Positions 18,200-28,679 of a stretch of 55,259 nt of DNA are shown here, piece after piece. The stretch spans positions 1 to 55,259 of the forward strand of contig CAIVAP010000244.1 in NCBI GenBank assembly GCA_903903945.1. The letters run 5' to 3'. Made by a program: the position numbers and the translations under genes. Within the stretch, counting starts at the first letter, position 1, and every line of letters starts with the position of its first letter. Origin of the DNA: an uncultured bacterium. GTDB lineage: Bacteria; Zixibacteria; MSB-5A5; CAIYYT01. Under the pieces are notes generated by a model that did not search any database, was not told where the DNA came from, and saw only the letters and a list, made by a program, of their open reading frames with translations.

Positions 18200-19636
18200 T
18201 TATCGTACTTGAGTCGTGGGAATGGGCTTCGTTTGTACTCCTGCCAACGATTTTTCGAAAGTCACTGCGCCAAGGCAGGAGTCCACCAGAAAATAACTTT
18301 CCGGATGAAACGGCGCGTAAAACAAAGAGACTTCTTCAAACGGCAGATCTGCCAGAGTGCGGGGAAGCTCTTCAGTTTTTCCAACTACCTCACGCATCAG
18401 TGCCACACGAGCCAGCGCCCCGGCTTCGGCTATTCCGACCGCAACCGGCAGGTAGTTTTCCTTCAACTCTCGCGATTCAAACATAGGCAGCTTCGACATC
18501 GCGCAGGAGATGCGCCGGGTGAGACGGTACAGTGCCTCGAAATTCTTGATTCGAAATGCGGGCACACATATAGCCCCGGCATTCTCGCTGCCGCCGAATC
18601 TTATCCTGAAAACATTCATCTGCTCGGCAGAAAGTCTGAACATCCAGAAGGGAAAGTACCGTTCATCGGCATTCGCCGATCCCTGAACCGACAAAATCCG
18701 ACGATTCAACTCCGGACAATCCTCAAGAATCGTCAATTGCTGACAGTTCCGGCAAATATAGACATAAGACCGGGTATCCGGCAACTGTTCGCCGCAGTTG
18801 CTGCAACGGTGCAATTCCACACCCAAGCGACCCAACTCAGTTGATTGTTGATGGTCCGCGATCTGCAATTGCTCGGAGATGCCGTCACTGCAACTATAGA
18901 CGATTCGACCGGTCAATCCATCCAGCATGAAGCTTTTCGTCCTGCCCATCACGTTGCCTTCCGCCAAGAAGTAGGGGAAGTTGATGAGCGACAGCACCGG
19001 ACGAAGCAACAGCGAGATGTTCACACCAGACTCTTCTGCTGAGATATGATTCAGTTGCTCAACCGCCCGGTTAGCCTTGGTGATGGCTTCCTGCCAAGGT
19101 GTCTCGATACTTAACAACTCAAAACCGAGTTGCAGGTGTTCCTCGCTGTATGGCATCGTCTTAACATATTCGGTCCGCTCGCCAAGACTGTACGGTATGA
19201 TTTCCGAAAGACCACCGGCTGCAATTGTGACGTCATACGGCGATAGCATCGTCTCGACCTTCTTCAGATCGGTGGCCGTTTCCGTGTTTGTCTCCTCATT
19301 ATAGTTGATGCGCGTTTCCTTGCGGTGGCGCAGTTTCAACAAGATGGCGTCGATTTTCCAATACGGGAAATAGAACTTGCGAACACTGTCGAGAGAGTGA
19401 GTCAGTGGCTCAGCGTTGCCCTTCAGATGGCGATCAATGTGAAAACGCACATCCTTGTCAAATACCTTCGCTTTGACAACATACGCCGGTGGTGTAGCTG
19501 GAGTAAGAATCCTCAGCACCGAGCAACAACTCGAGCACGAGGTCGTTAGGAAATCCAACTCCAATTCGAGTTCCGCCCCGCAAGCCGGGCAGCTTGTGGC
19601 AATATAGAACCCGCGCTTAGCTTTGGCCGGTATCAT
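18200..19636 (-). CDS. Zinc-ribbon-containing hypothetical protein (SPFH-associated)
   Basis: CPAC..CSSC and CSNC..CRNC motifs; FPYW/FPFW repeats; overlaps the SPFH gene. Confidence 0.7.
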   Translation of the reverse strand: MIPAKAKRGFYIATSCPACGAELELELDFLTTSCSSCCSVLRILTPATPPAYVVKAKVFDKDVRFHIDRHLKGNAEPLTHSLDSVRKFYFPYWKIDAILLKLRHRKETRINYNEETNTETATDLKKVETMLSPYDVTIAAGGLSEIIPYSLGERTEYVKTMPYSEEHLQLGFELLSIETPWQEAITKANRAVEQLNHISAEESGVNISLLLRPVLSLINFPYFLAEGNVMGRTKSFMLDGLTGRIVYSCSDGISEQLQIADHQQSTELGRLGVELHRCSNCGEQLPDTRSYVYICRNCQQLTILEDCPELNRRILSVQGSANADERYFPFWMFRLSAEQMNVFRIRFGGSENAGAICVPAFRIKNFEALYRLTRRISCAMSKLPMFESRELKENYLPVAVGIAEAGALARVALMREVVGKTEELPRTLADLPFEEVSLFYAPFHPESYFLVDSCLGAVTFEKSLAGVQTKPIPTTQVR

Positions 19637-20750
19637 CGCGTTTTACTGCCTTACCACACTTGCCGCAGAACTTCGAGCCGGGAATCATTTCCGCCTGGCA
19701 GTTGGGGCAAAGCTCCTTGGCGTCCAAGCGAAGTCCACAAAACAGACAGAACACGGCCTCAGAGGGTAATTCCTTGTGGCAGGACGGACAGAAATTCTGC
19801 ACGACCATCTGGTGCCCACAGCGGTAGCAATAGCGTGACTGTTCCGGCGTATCCGTATGGCACTTGGGGCAGGTCACAGTTGCCAATGGCGCCTTTCTCA
19901 ACTCCTGTTGGTCTGGAGAGAAAACTTTGTTCATCATCGTCGGCACCATCAGTCCGACACCTGCCGCCATTCCCATCGTATTGCCCGTCGCGCCGGCAAT
20001 TCCAGAAGTAGCCAGACCTTTTGCCATCTCGAACTTGAAAAACTTGTCCAGATCACCAACCGCTTCCATTCCTGATCGCTGGTCAATCATCTTGCCGACC
20101 TCGTCGGGCGGTGTGATCGACGAAATGAAGAAGTCTGTCAATTCGAGGCCGTACTTGGTGAACTCGCTGGAGACTTCATTCTTGAACTGCGAGGCGAGCT
20201 GCTCGTACTGTCCGGGGAGATCCAAAATCGAATCCAGCTTCTCGCCCAACAGATCGTTCATCCGGGCGACAATCACATCGCGGAGATAATCCTGAATATC
20301 ATCGGTCGTATACAACGCCTGTCTGCCGACGATCGTATTTAGAAACAACAGCGGCTGGGTAACCCGAATTGTGTACGCCCCGTGGCCGCGCAACCGTACA
20401 AGCCCGAGCTTGCTGTCCTCAAAAGTCACCGGGTCTTTGGTGCCCCATTTGAGACTCGTAAAGACTTTCAGATTGACAAAATAGACCTCAGCCCGAAACG
20501 GCGAGTTAAACCCAAACGGGAACGAAAGCAGCCGGGTCAAAATCGGAACGTTCAGAGTTGAAAGCGTGTGCCTGCCAACGCTGAAAGAGTCGCAGGCATG
20601 TCCATCCTTGAAAAATATCGCCATTTGGCTGTCGCGCACGATCAGTTGCGCGCCGAGCTTGAAGTCCGCTGAACCATGCTGCGGTAGGCGGAAAAGCATT
20701 TCATCTCCGCTTTGATCCAGCCACTCGATGATTTCGATCATTAATGACAT
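19617..20750 (-). CDS. SPFH/band-7 (YdjI-like) protein with C-terminal double zinc ribbons
   Basis: GAQLIVRDSQMAIF, PFRAEVYFVN, KWGT motifs; repeated CxxC...CxxCG. Confidence 0.88.
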   Translation of the reverse strand: MSLMIEIIEWLDQSGDEMLFRLPQHGSADFKLGAQLIVRDSQMAIFFKDGHACDSFSVGRHTLSTLNVPILTRLLSFPFGFNSPFRAEVYFVNLKVFTSLKWGTKDPVTFEDSKLGLVRLRGHGAYTIRVTQPLLFLNTIVGRQALYTTDDIQDYLRDVIVARMNDLLGEKLDSILDLPGQYEQLASQFKNEVSSEFTKYGLELTDFFISSITPPDEVGKMIDQRSGMEAVGDLDKFFKFEMAKGLATSGIAGATGNTMGMAAGVGLMVPTMMNKVFSPDQQELRKAPLATVTCPKCHTDTPEQSRYCYRCGHQMVVQNFCPSCHKELPSEAVFCLFCGLRLDAKELCPNCQAEMIPGSKFCGKCGKAVKRDDTGQS

Positions 20751-20983
20751 AGTCTCTCCCCAAAAATGTTACCGGTTATGCCTGCTTAAGAAGATCGTCA
20801 AAGATTGAAAGTGTCTTGAATCGCTTGTCCGCATTGGCGTGTTTTCCTGCGAAATGCGGAACCCAACACCTGATTCAATTGTTCTTAAAGAACAAATCCT
20901 GAACGTGCAGATCACGTACGACTCTGGATGTAGATGAAGACCGTGCCAAAAGGGCACTTGATAACTGACAAGGAGTAACGAGT

Positions 20984-21475
20984 ATGATGATTTCTGAAAC
21001 AATGGCGGCGAAGTTGAACCAGCAAGTAAAAGAGGAGTTCTTCTCCTATTGGACCTACCTTGCCATGGCATACCGGTTCGAATCGATAGGTCTGAAGGGA
21101 TTCGCCAAGTGGTATCAGCTCCAGGCGGACGAGGAAAAGGGTCACGCGCTGAAAATCGCCGGCTATCTGATCGAGCAGGGAGCCGATGTCAAGCTAACGG
21201 CGCTCGACAATCCCAAAACCGATTATGCTTCGGCACAGGAAATTGTGCAGGTCACCGTCGAACACGAGAAAAAGATCACGCGACTAATTCACGAACTGAT
21301 GGCACTGGCCAACAAAGAAGATGACTTCGCTACCGCCAGCTTCCTGGGTTGGTTCGTTGATGAACAAGTTGAGGAGGTTTCGATCGCTCAGCAGTTGTTA
21401 GATATGGTCAAACTTGCGAGTGACAAAGTGCAGCTTATGCTCATGGAGAATCGCATCTTCACGCTGCGCGAGTAG
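20984..21475 (+). CDS. ftnA: Non-heme ferritin
   Basis: LNQQVKEE, YLAMA, EEKGHA, HEKKIT, FLGWFVDEQVEE. Confidence 0.92.
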   Translation: MMISETMAAKLNQQVKEEFFSYWTYLAMAYRFESIGLKGFAKWYQLQADEEKGHALKIAGYLIEQGADVKLTALDNPKTDYASAQEIVQVTVEHEKKITRLIHELMALANKEDDFATASFLGWFVDEQVEEVSIAQQLLDMVKLASDKVQLMLMENRIFTLRE

Positions 21476-21519
21476 CATTAACTTCGCACGAAGATGCCAC
21501 ACGCCTGGCGATAAACGTG

Positions 21520-21547
21520 AAAGCGGCCACCTAACCGGCCGTTTTCT
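21520..21547 (+). terminator. Probable intrinsic terminator after ferritin
   Basis: GCGGCC...GGCCGT hairpin followed by a T run. Confidence 0.45.
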
Positions 21548-21662
21548 TCATATCACACAACAACGCCATGAAGCGACCCAAACACTCCCCAACAGTAACT
21601 CCTGTGATTACGTTTGACTAATAGCCATGATTACTTACCTTCTCGCCAAACTTGATTGATCG

Positions 21663-23186
21663 ATGATTACTAAGATACTGATTGCCAACCGAGGCGAAAT
21701 CGCCATCCGCATCATCCGTGCCTGCCGTCATCTCGGCATTGGTAGCGTGGCGGTCTTCTCGGATGCCGATCGCGGCGCGCTACATGTGAGCATGGCGGAC
21801 GAAGCCTATCATATCGGCAAGTCCCCGGCCTCACAAAGTTATCTTGTCGGCGAAAAGATTATCGCGGTTGCCAAACAAGCCGCTGCCGATGCTATCCATC
21901 CCGGCTACGGTTTTCTCGCGGAGAATTGGCGTTTTGCGCAGTTGGTTGCCGACGCGGGACTGATCTTCATCGGTCCTCCCGCAGAAGCCATCAGATTGCT
22001 CGGCGACAAACTCGAAGCCCGCGCGCTGGCCGAGAAAGCCAAAGTGCCTGTCATTCCCGGCGGAGCGGTGCATCCCGATGATCTTGCCCACGCTAAAGCG
22101 TTCGCCAAAAGGTGCGGCTACCCGGTGCTGGTTAAAGCTGTCGCCGGTGGTGGCGGCAAGGGCATGCGCATTGTCCAAGAGGCGAACGAACTGGCTGCCG
22201 CGCTAACAGCTTGCGGCAGCGAGGCGAAGTCGGCATTTGGTGATGATCGCGTCTTAGTCGAGAAATATGTTACTCGACCGCGCCATATTGAGATTCAAGT
22301 CGCTCGCGATCGCTTTGGCAAGAGCGTCTATCTGGGCGAGAGAGAGTGCTCCATCCAACGGCGGCATCAGAAGTTAATTGAAGAAGCGCCATCGGTTTTT
22401 GTCGATGAGCCGCTTCGTCGCACGATGGGTGAAGTCGCACTCAAAGCAATTGCGGCAGCCAACTACGAAAACGTCGGTACGGTGGAATTCCTTGTGGACG
22501 CCGACCGCAAGTTCTATTTCCTTGAAGTCAACACGCGCCTACAGGTCGAACATCCTGTTACCGAATTGGTGACCGGAATCGATTTGGTGAAAGAGCAAAT
22601 CCGAATCGCTGCCGGCGAAAAGTTGTCGTCTACGCAGGATCAGATCAGGATCAAAGGTCACGCGCTCGAATGTCGTATCTGCGCGGAAGACCCCGGCAAC
22701 GATTTCTTGCCCAGCGCGGGACGCATCTACAGTTATCGCGCGCCCTCCGGTCCGGGTGTCCGCGTTGATTCCGGCGTTGTGGAGAATTCCGAAGTGCCGC
22801 CTTACTATGACTCATTGTTGGCGAAGCTTGTGACCTACGGCGCCACGCGGTCGGAGGCGATCGAGCGGATGCGTCAGGCGCTTGCAGAATTCCGCATTGC
22901 AGGGGTTGGGACAAACGTCTGTTTCCACGAGTCGGTCATGGAGCACCCAGAGTTCCTTGCCGGCAGACTTACAACCAACTTTGTCGCCGATCACTTCTCC
23001 GGCGGACGTTGCACCGGCCCGGCTGACGCACATCTAACTGAAGCAGCCGCTGTAGCGGCTGCGCTATACCACTATTATGATTCGAAACGGATCAAACAGA
23101 TCAACCCTGCTGCAATGCCAAGTTCCCGCTGGGGCGCTTTGGCCAGAACTGATGGCTTGCGTAACGACCGTAGAGGCAAGCCATGA
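21663..23186 (+). CDS. accC: Biotin carboxylase (acetyl/propionyl-CoA carboxylase)
   Basis: KILIANRGEIA, HPGYGFLAEN, GGGGKGMR, RECSIQRRHQK, EVNTRLQVEH. Confidence 0.93.
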   Translation: MITKILIANRGEIAIRIIRACRHLGIGSVAVFSDADRGALHVSMADEAYHIGKSPASQSYLVGEKIIAVAKQAAADAIHPGYGFLAENWRFAQLVADAGLIFIGPPAEAIRLLGDKLEARALAEKAKVPVIPGGAVHPDDLAHAKAFAKRCGYPVLVKAVAGGGGKGMRIVQEANELAAALTACGSEAKSAFGDDRVLVEKYVTRPRHIEIQVARDRFGKSVYLGERECSIQRRHQKLIEEAPSVFVDEPLRRTMGEVALKAIAAANYENVGTVEFLVDADRKFYFLEVNTRLQVEHPVTELVTGIDLVKEQIRIAAGEKLSSTQDQIRIKGHALECRICAEDPGNDFLPSAGRIYSYRAPSGPGVRVDSGVVENSEVPPYYDSLLAKLVTYGATRSEAIERMRQALAEFRIAGVGTNVCFHESVMEHPEFLAGRLTTNFVADHFSGGRCTGPADAHLTEAAAVAAALYHYYDSKRIKQINPAAMPSSRWGALARTDGLRNDRRGKP

Positions 23187-23707
23187 AATATCTGGTGACC
23201 ATCAACGACCTACCTCTGACAGTTGATATTTCCGAGCAGGCGGATGAACTTCGAGTCATGGTCGACGGCAGACTTATCGCCAGTTCAGTAGTCACAGATA
23301 AGGAGCACAACCGCATGTCGATGTTGCTTGATGCCCGGTCTTTCGATGCTGAGGTTTATCGCAGCAATGGCGTAACTTCCGTCTTGCTGGCCGGCAGAGA
23401 ATTCCCTTGTATTGTCGAAGATGAACGGCTGGTGTTGATCCGCAAGGTTGTTGGTCTGACCACAGCCGGTCAAAACACCGTGGTCAAGGCGCCGATGCCG
23501 GGTCTGATCGTGCGGCTGTTAATAAACGTCGGCGATACCGTCACGAAGGGGGAGAGATTGTTAATTGTCGAAGCGATGAAAATGGAGAACGAATTGAAAT
23601 CGCCCATTGCCGGAAGGGTCAAGGAAATCCACGTCGCCGTCGGACGCCCGGTCGACAAAGGCCAGGTCCTCGTCACATTATCAGGTCATGACCAACAAAT
23701 TCCATAA
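23183..23707 (+). CDS. Biotin carboxyl carrier protein
   Basis: APMPG...EAMKMENE biotinylation motif. Confidence 0.93.
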   Translation: MKYLVTINDLPLTVDISEQADELRVMVDGRLIASSVVTDKEHNRMSMLLDARSFDAEVYRSNGVTSVLLAGREFPCIVEDERLVLIRKVVGLTTAGQNTVVKAPMPGLIVRLLINVGDTVTKGERLLIVEAMKMENELKSPIAGRVKEIHVAVGRPVDKGQVLVTLSGHDQQIP

Positions 23708-25241
23708 TCAGGACGATCGGTCCGGGTTTGACTACCGCGATAAACTCGGAGACCCCGGCGAATTCCCATACACGCGCGGCATCTATCCCGGCATGTACAC
23801 CGACCGCCTCTGGACAATGCGCCAGTATGCCGGGTTCGCGAGCGCGCGCGAATCGAATTTGCGCTATCGTTATCTTCTCGAACACGGGCAGACCGGCCTG
23901 TCGGTGGCATTTGATCTACCTACTCAGATCGGCTATGATTCCGATCATCCAATGGCCCAGGGCGAAGTCGGCAAGACCGGCGTTGCGATTGACACGCTTG
24001 CCGACTTTGAACTACTGTTTGAAGGTATTCCGCTCGACAAAGTCTCAACCTCGATGACAATCAACGCCACCGCCGCGATTTTGCTTTGCATGTACATTGC
24101 GGTAGCCAGCAAACAGGGGGTGTCAGAATCGCAAATCACCGGCACCGTGCAGAATGATATCCTCAAAGAGTTTATTGCGCGCGGCACGTACATCTATCCG
24201 CCGAAACCATCCATGCGTTTGGTTACTGATATTTTCGCCTATGCCGGAGCCAATCTCCCGCGCTACAATACGATTTCGATATCCGGCTATCATATTCGCG
24301 AGGCGGGCGCTACGGCCGTTCAGGAGGTTGCCTTTACGCTTGCCAATGCCATCGAATACGTCTATCACGCGGTGCGTGCCGGACTCGCAGTAGACGACTT
24401 CGCCCCAAGACTTTCTTTCTTTTTCTGCGCGCAACAGAACTTGCTCGAAGAGGTCGCTAAGTTCCGCGCCGCGCGCCGCATCTGGGCAAAGATTATGAAA
24501 CAACGTTTTGGCGCCAAGAATCCCGCTTCTATGATGCTCCGTTTTCACACTCAGACCGCCGGTGTCTCGCTGACAGCGCAACAGCCCGAAGTCAATACTG
24601 TACGCACAACTCTGGAAGCGCTCGCTGCTGTGCTCGGTGGCACGCAGTCTCTTCACACGAATGCCCACGATGAAGCGCTGGCCTTGCCGACAGCCGAATC
24701 AGCGCAGTTGGCATTGCGCATCCAGCAGATTCTGGGTTACGAAACCGGCCTTGCCGATGAAGTCGACCCACTCGCCGGCAGCTATTATCTCGAAGCCAAG
24801 ACTGACGAGATCGAGACTGCTGTCTTGGAATACTTGAAACGGGTGGACGTTTTAGGCGGCTCGCTGAGAGCAATCGAAGAGGGTTTCTTCCAGAAGGAGA
24901 TTCAGTCGTCGGCATACGATTTTCAACGGCAGGTTGAGAAAGGCGAGCGCGTCATCATCGGCGTCAACAAGTTCCGCACCGACGATAAAGTCGAAGTACA
25001 AGTCCAGAAGCTTTCTGCGAATATCTGCGACGAGCAGATTGCGCGACTAACAGCAGTCAAATCCCGTCGCGATGCCGATGCTGTCAATCGCGCCCGGCAT
25101 GATTTGACGGCAGCCGCCACGTCGAACGACAACTTAATGCCGATCATCCTTCGCTGTGTCGAATCCTACGCTACGGTAGGGGAGATATCCGATACTTTGC
25201 GCTCCGTCTGGGGCGAATATCGCGAGTCGGTAATACTGTAG
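23688..25241 (+). CDS. Methylmalonyl-CoA mutase, catalytic (N-terminal domain) subunit
   Basis: [42 protein letters not shown]. No B12-binding domain. Confidence 0.93.
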   Translation: MTNKFHNQDDRSGFDYRDKLGDPGEFPYTRGIYPGMYTDRLWTMRQYAGFASARESNLRYRYLLEHGQTGLSVAFDLPTQIGYDSDHPMAQGEVGKTGVAIDTLADFELLFEGIPLDKVSTSMTINATAAILLCMYIAVASKQGVSESQITGTVQNDILKEFIARGTYIYPPKPSMRLVTDIFAYAGANLPRYNTISISGYHIREAGATAVQEVAFTLANAIEYVYHAVRAGLAVDDFAPRLSFFFCAQQNLLEEVAKFRAARRIWAKIMKQRFGAKNPASMMLRFHTQTAGVSLTAQQPEVNTVRTTLEALAAVLGGTQSLHTNAHDEALALPTAESAQLALRIQQILGYETGLADEVDPLAGSYYLEAKTDEIETAVLEYLKRVDVLGGSLRAIEEGFFQKEIQSSAYDFQRQVEKGERVIIGVNKFRTDDKVEVQVQKLSANICDEQIARLTAVKSRRDADAVNRARHDLTAAATSNDNLMPIILRCVESYATVGEISDTLRSVWGEYRESVIL

Positions 25242-25400
25242 CGGCAACCCTTGCGGTTGCCTTCAGGGCTTCAGTTCGAGCGTGCATCAAGCGGTCTCTT
25301 CCTCAACCAAACAATCCGCTTTCTGCTTGACAATCAGGGTTCGGACTCCCAGATTGACACTGTACCGATGTATTGGAATCCTGTTGTCCGGGAGGATAAA

Positions 25401-27929
25401 ATGTTTCGCCGATTCGCTTTCATGACAGTTCATGTGGTTCTGTTGGTGTCGCTCCTGACACTCGCTGCCGTCGCAGACAACCAGTCTCTCACAACTCAAC
25501 GCCTCAATCAGATGCCATTGGCGTTCACCAAGAATATGGGTCAGTGGGATGACCGTGTCTTGTTCCGTGCCAACGCCGATGGGGCGACGATGTGGTTCAC
25601 CAAAGAAGGGATCACCTATCAATTCACCCGCCACGTTGCTGGTCATTCCCGCGAAGGCGGGGATCCAGCCTCCGTAGGGGTAGCCCCACGTGGCTACCCA
25701 CGCGAGGGCAACCACATGGGGTTGCCCCTACACGATCCTGACGACCGTGATTCTATCGAAACGCTCGTCCTTACCGCCAAATTCGTCGGCGCAAATGCAA
25801 ATCCCGAAGTTGTCGCCGAAGGGCAAATGGAATACAAATGCAACTACTTCCTCGGCAATGATCCGTCGAAATGGCATACCGATGTGCCCAACTACGAAGC
25901 GATTACGCTTAAAGACATCTACCCCGGCATCGACCTGAAATACTCTGGCGACGGCAAAGGTCAGGCGGCGTATGAGTTCATGGTTGCGCCGGGAGCGGAT
26001 ATGGCGCAGATCAAGGTTGAATACGAGGGAGCAGAAGAAACTTCGATTGATTCCGACGGCAGAATGACTGTACGAACCAAATGGGGCGACATGATCGCAG
26101 GACTAAAGTCTCCTACGAGTGGCGCCCCGTCTGGTTCCTGTGCGTGGTGGACGTCCCCGTCTACCACGTTGCCGCAAGACTTGGCGCACGGGGACGTACG
26201 CCAAGCACGGGCGTTTCCGGGCACTTCGTCAGTCGAGTTGGTTTACAGCACCTACCTCGGTGGGGATAACTACGATGATGGATGGCGCATCGCGGTCGAT
26301 GGCAGCGGTAGTGCCTACGTAATGGGCGAGACTCGGTCTTCCAACTTCCCGACTTTGAATCCCTATCAGTCGACGTATCAAGGCGGAGGAACTTATGGAG
26401 GTGATGTTTTTGTGACCAAGCTCTCCAGTTCCGGCGACAGCTTGATCTACAGCACCTACCTCGGCGGGGGAAGCAGCGATTGGGCAGGGAGCATCGCCGT
26501 CGATGGCAGCGGTTATGCCTATCTGACGGGCGAAACTTATTCTTCCGACTTCCCGACTTTGAATCCCTATCAGACGTTTCAAGACAGCTCAGATGTTTTT
26601 GTGACCAAGCTCTCCAGTTCTGGCAACAGCGTGATCTACAGCACTTACCTCGGAGGGGGAGACTACGATAAAGGTGTGGGCATCGCGGTTGATGGCAGCG
26701 GTTATGCCTATGTGACTGGCTTGACCGGGTCTTCCGACTTCCCGACTGTGAATCCCTATCAGGCGACCTATCAAGGGGGAGGCGATTATTGGGGTGACGC
26801 TTTTGTGACCAAGCTCTCCAGTTCCGGCAACAGTCTGATCTACAGCACCTACCTCGGCGGGGGAAGCGACGATGATGCAGAAGGCATCGCAGTCGATGAC
26901 AGCGGCAACGCCTATGTGACGGGCCAGACTTCTTCCTCCAACTTCCCGACTGTGAATCCCTATCAGACGTATCAAGGCTCTAACGATGTTTTTGTGACCA
27001 AGTTATCATATTCCGGCAACACTCTGATCTACAGCACCTACCTCGGCGGGAGAAGCAGCGATTGGGGATACGGCATCGCGGTGGATGGCAGCGGCAATGC
27101 CTATGTGACGGGCCGGACTGGTTCTTCCAACTTCCCGACTTGGAATCCCTATCAGACGTATCAAGGCGGCGGGTTCTTTGGCTGGGACGCCTTTGTGACC
27201 AAGCTGAGCGATGCCGGCAACAGCCTGATTTACAGCACCTACATCGGCGGGGGAAACGACGATTATGGATACGGCATCGCGGTCGATGGCAGCGGCAATG
27301 CCTATATAACGGGACAAACCTATTCTTCCGACTTCCCGACTTTGAATCCCTATCAGACGAACCAAGACACAACTGATGCTTTTGTGACCGAGCTCTCCAG
27401 TACCGGCGCCAGCCTGATCTATAGCACCTACCTCGGCGGGGGAGACAGGGATTATGGATACGGCATCGCGGTCGATGGCAGCGGTTATGCCTATGTGACG
27501 GGCTCCACTTCTTCCTCCAACTTCCCGACTTTGAATCCCTATCAGGGGACGTTTCAAGGCGGCGGATACTATGGTGATGCTTTTGTGACCAAGCTCTCCG
27601 CTGATGCAGCGAACGACGTATCTGATGAAATAACTCCCGTCACGCTTCCGGAGAAACCGGCTCTCGATCAAAACTATCCCAATCCTTTTAATCCGAGCAC
27701 AAAAATCGGTTTCGACCTTCCCAAACCATCATTTGTTTCTCTGGATATCTTTGATGTCTTGGGTCGCAAGGTGACAACCTTGATAAACGAGCAGCTGACG
27801 GCTGGAAGCAAGCGAGTCCAGTGGGACGGCAGGGACAACATAGGAGCGGAAGTAGCATCTGGGGTCTATTTCTACCGGCTACGAATTGGTGATCATGTTG
27901 AAGTCAAGAAGATGGTGCTGCTGAAATGA
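25401..27929 (+). CDS. Secreted SBBP-repeat beta-propeller protein with C-terminal FlgD-Ig/T9SS-like sorting domain
   Basis: Signal peptide, FTKNMGQW, seven YSTY(L/I)GG repeats, QNYPNPFNP...SGVYFYRL...KKMVLLK. GGAGG RBS before 25401. Confidence 0.9.
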   Translation: MFRRFAFMTVHVVLLVSLLTLAAVADNQSLTTQRLNQMPLAFTKNMGQWDDRVLFRANADGATMWFTKEGITYQFTRHVAGHSREGGDPASVGVAPRGYPREGNHMGLPLHDPDDRDSIETLVLTAKFVGANANPEVVAEGQMEYKCNYFLGNDPSKWHTDVPNYEAITLKDIYPGIDLKYSGDGKGQAAYEFMVAPGADMAQIKVEYEGAEETSIDSDGRMTVRTKWGDMIAGLKSPTSGAPSGSCAWWTSPSTTLPQDLAHGDVRQARAFPGTSSVELVYSTYLGGDNYDDGWRIAVDGSGSAYVMGETRSSNFPTLNPYQSTYQGGGTYGGDVFVTKLSSSGDSLIYSTYLGGGSSDWAGSIAVDGSGYAYLTGETYSSDFPTLNPYQTFQDSSDVFVTKLSSSGNSVIYSTYLGGGDYDKGVGIAVDGSGYAYVTGLTGSSDFPTVNPYQATYQGGGDYWGDAFVTKLSSSGNSLIYSTYLGGGSDDDAEGIAVDDSGNAYVTGQTSSSNFPTVNPYQTYQGSNDVFVTKLSYSGNTLIYSTYLGGRSSDWGYGIAVDGSGNAYVTGRTGSSNFPTWNPYQTYQGGGFFGWDAFVTKLSDAGNSLIYSTYIGGGNDDYGYGIAVDGSGNAYITGQTYSSDFPTLNPYQTNQDTTDAFVTELSSTGASLIYSTYLGGGDRDYGYGIAVDGSGYAYVTGSTSSSNFPTLNPYQGTFQGGGYYGDAFVTKLSADAANDVSDEITPVTLPEKPALDQNYPNPFNPSTKIGFDLPKPSFVSLDIFDVLGRKVTTLINEQLTAGSKRVQWDGRDNIGAEVASGVYFYRLRIGDHVEVKKMVLLK
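26240..27600 (+). repeat. Seven intragenic ~190-bp tandem repeats (SBBP blades)
   Basis: Recurring TACAGCACCTACCTCGGCGG and ACTTCCCGACT..GAATCCCTATCAG. Confidence 0.9.
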
Positions 27930-28327
27930 AACCATCCATTCAGCACATTGCCATTGCCGTCCGCGACATCGAACAAGCAAAACAACTCTACTCCGGTGTT
28001 CTCGGCGTTACCGTGTCGGAAACGACCGACGTCCCCGACCAGAAGGTCAGGATCTGTTTTATCGAACTCTCCAACGCGCGCATAGAGCTTATCTCTCCGA
28101 TGACAGGCAATGAATCTCTAACCCGCTTCCTTGACAAGCACGGCGAAGGCCTGCACCATATCTGCCTTGGGGTTGCTGATCTTGCCGCCGAACTTGCGCG
28201 CCTTAGGCAACAAGGAGCCAGCCTGATTGACGAGCAACCGCGGATAGGAGCGGGTGGGCACAAGATCGCATTTATCCATCCCGGTTCAACCGGTGGCGTA
28301 CTTATCGAACTGGAGGAGATAAGGTAG
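27926..28327 (+). CDS. mce: Methylmalonyl-CoA epimerase
   Basis: HIAIAV, IELI, GEGLHHICL, FIHP..TGGVLIEL. Confidence 0.93.
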   Translation: MKPSIQHIAIAVRDIEQAKQLYSGVLGVTVSETTDVPDQKVRICFIELSNARIELISPMTGNESLTRFLDKHGEGLHHICLGVADLAAELARLRQQGASLIDEQPRIGAGGHKIAFIHPGSTGGVLIELEEIR

Positions 28328-28423
28328 GCTCTACAGCAGTGTCACTGAAACAACTTCGCGGATACGCTGTGGCTTGACACGATGTCATTCCCCGCGCAGG
28401 GGATTGCTGAAAAACCTCGGAAT

Positions 28424-28570
28424 TGTCATTGCGAGGAGTCAGGTGGGAAAGAGAGGGGAGGGGAAATGACGACGAAGCAATCTGCGCGCCCGCATCTGGT
28501 GAGCGTCAATCGAGATTGCTTCGTCGTGCTCCACACCCAGCATCACCACTCCGCACTCCTCGCAATGACA
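28424..28570. repeat. 147-bp palindromic repeat element (TGTCATTGCGAGGAG...CTCCTCGCAATGACA), copy 1
   Basis: 15-bp perfect terminal IR; closely similar copy at 50049-50195. Confidence 0.85.
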
Positions 28571-28679
28571 CGGTCAGGGCTTTTTCAACAGTCCCTTTCA
28601 CCGAGTGTGCCGACCCAAATAGTTGTTGACTTGACTCCGAAAAATCCTACCTTCTCACCCAACAATTTCGGAGGTTGGA

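Noticed and set aside
26240-27600. CRISPR array or DGR template/variable repeats
   Set aside because: These are in-frame coding repeats of a beta-propeller. There are no unique spacers and no reverse transcriptase in the window.
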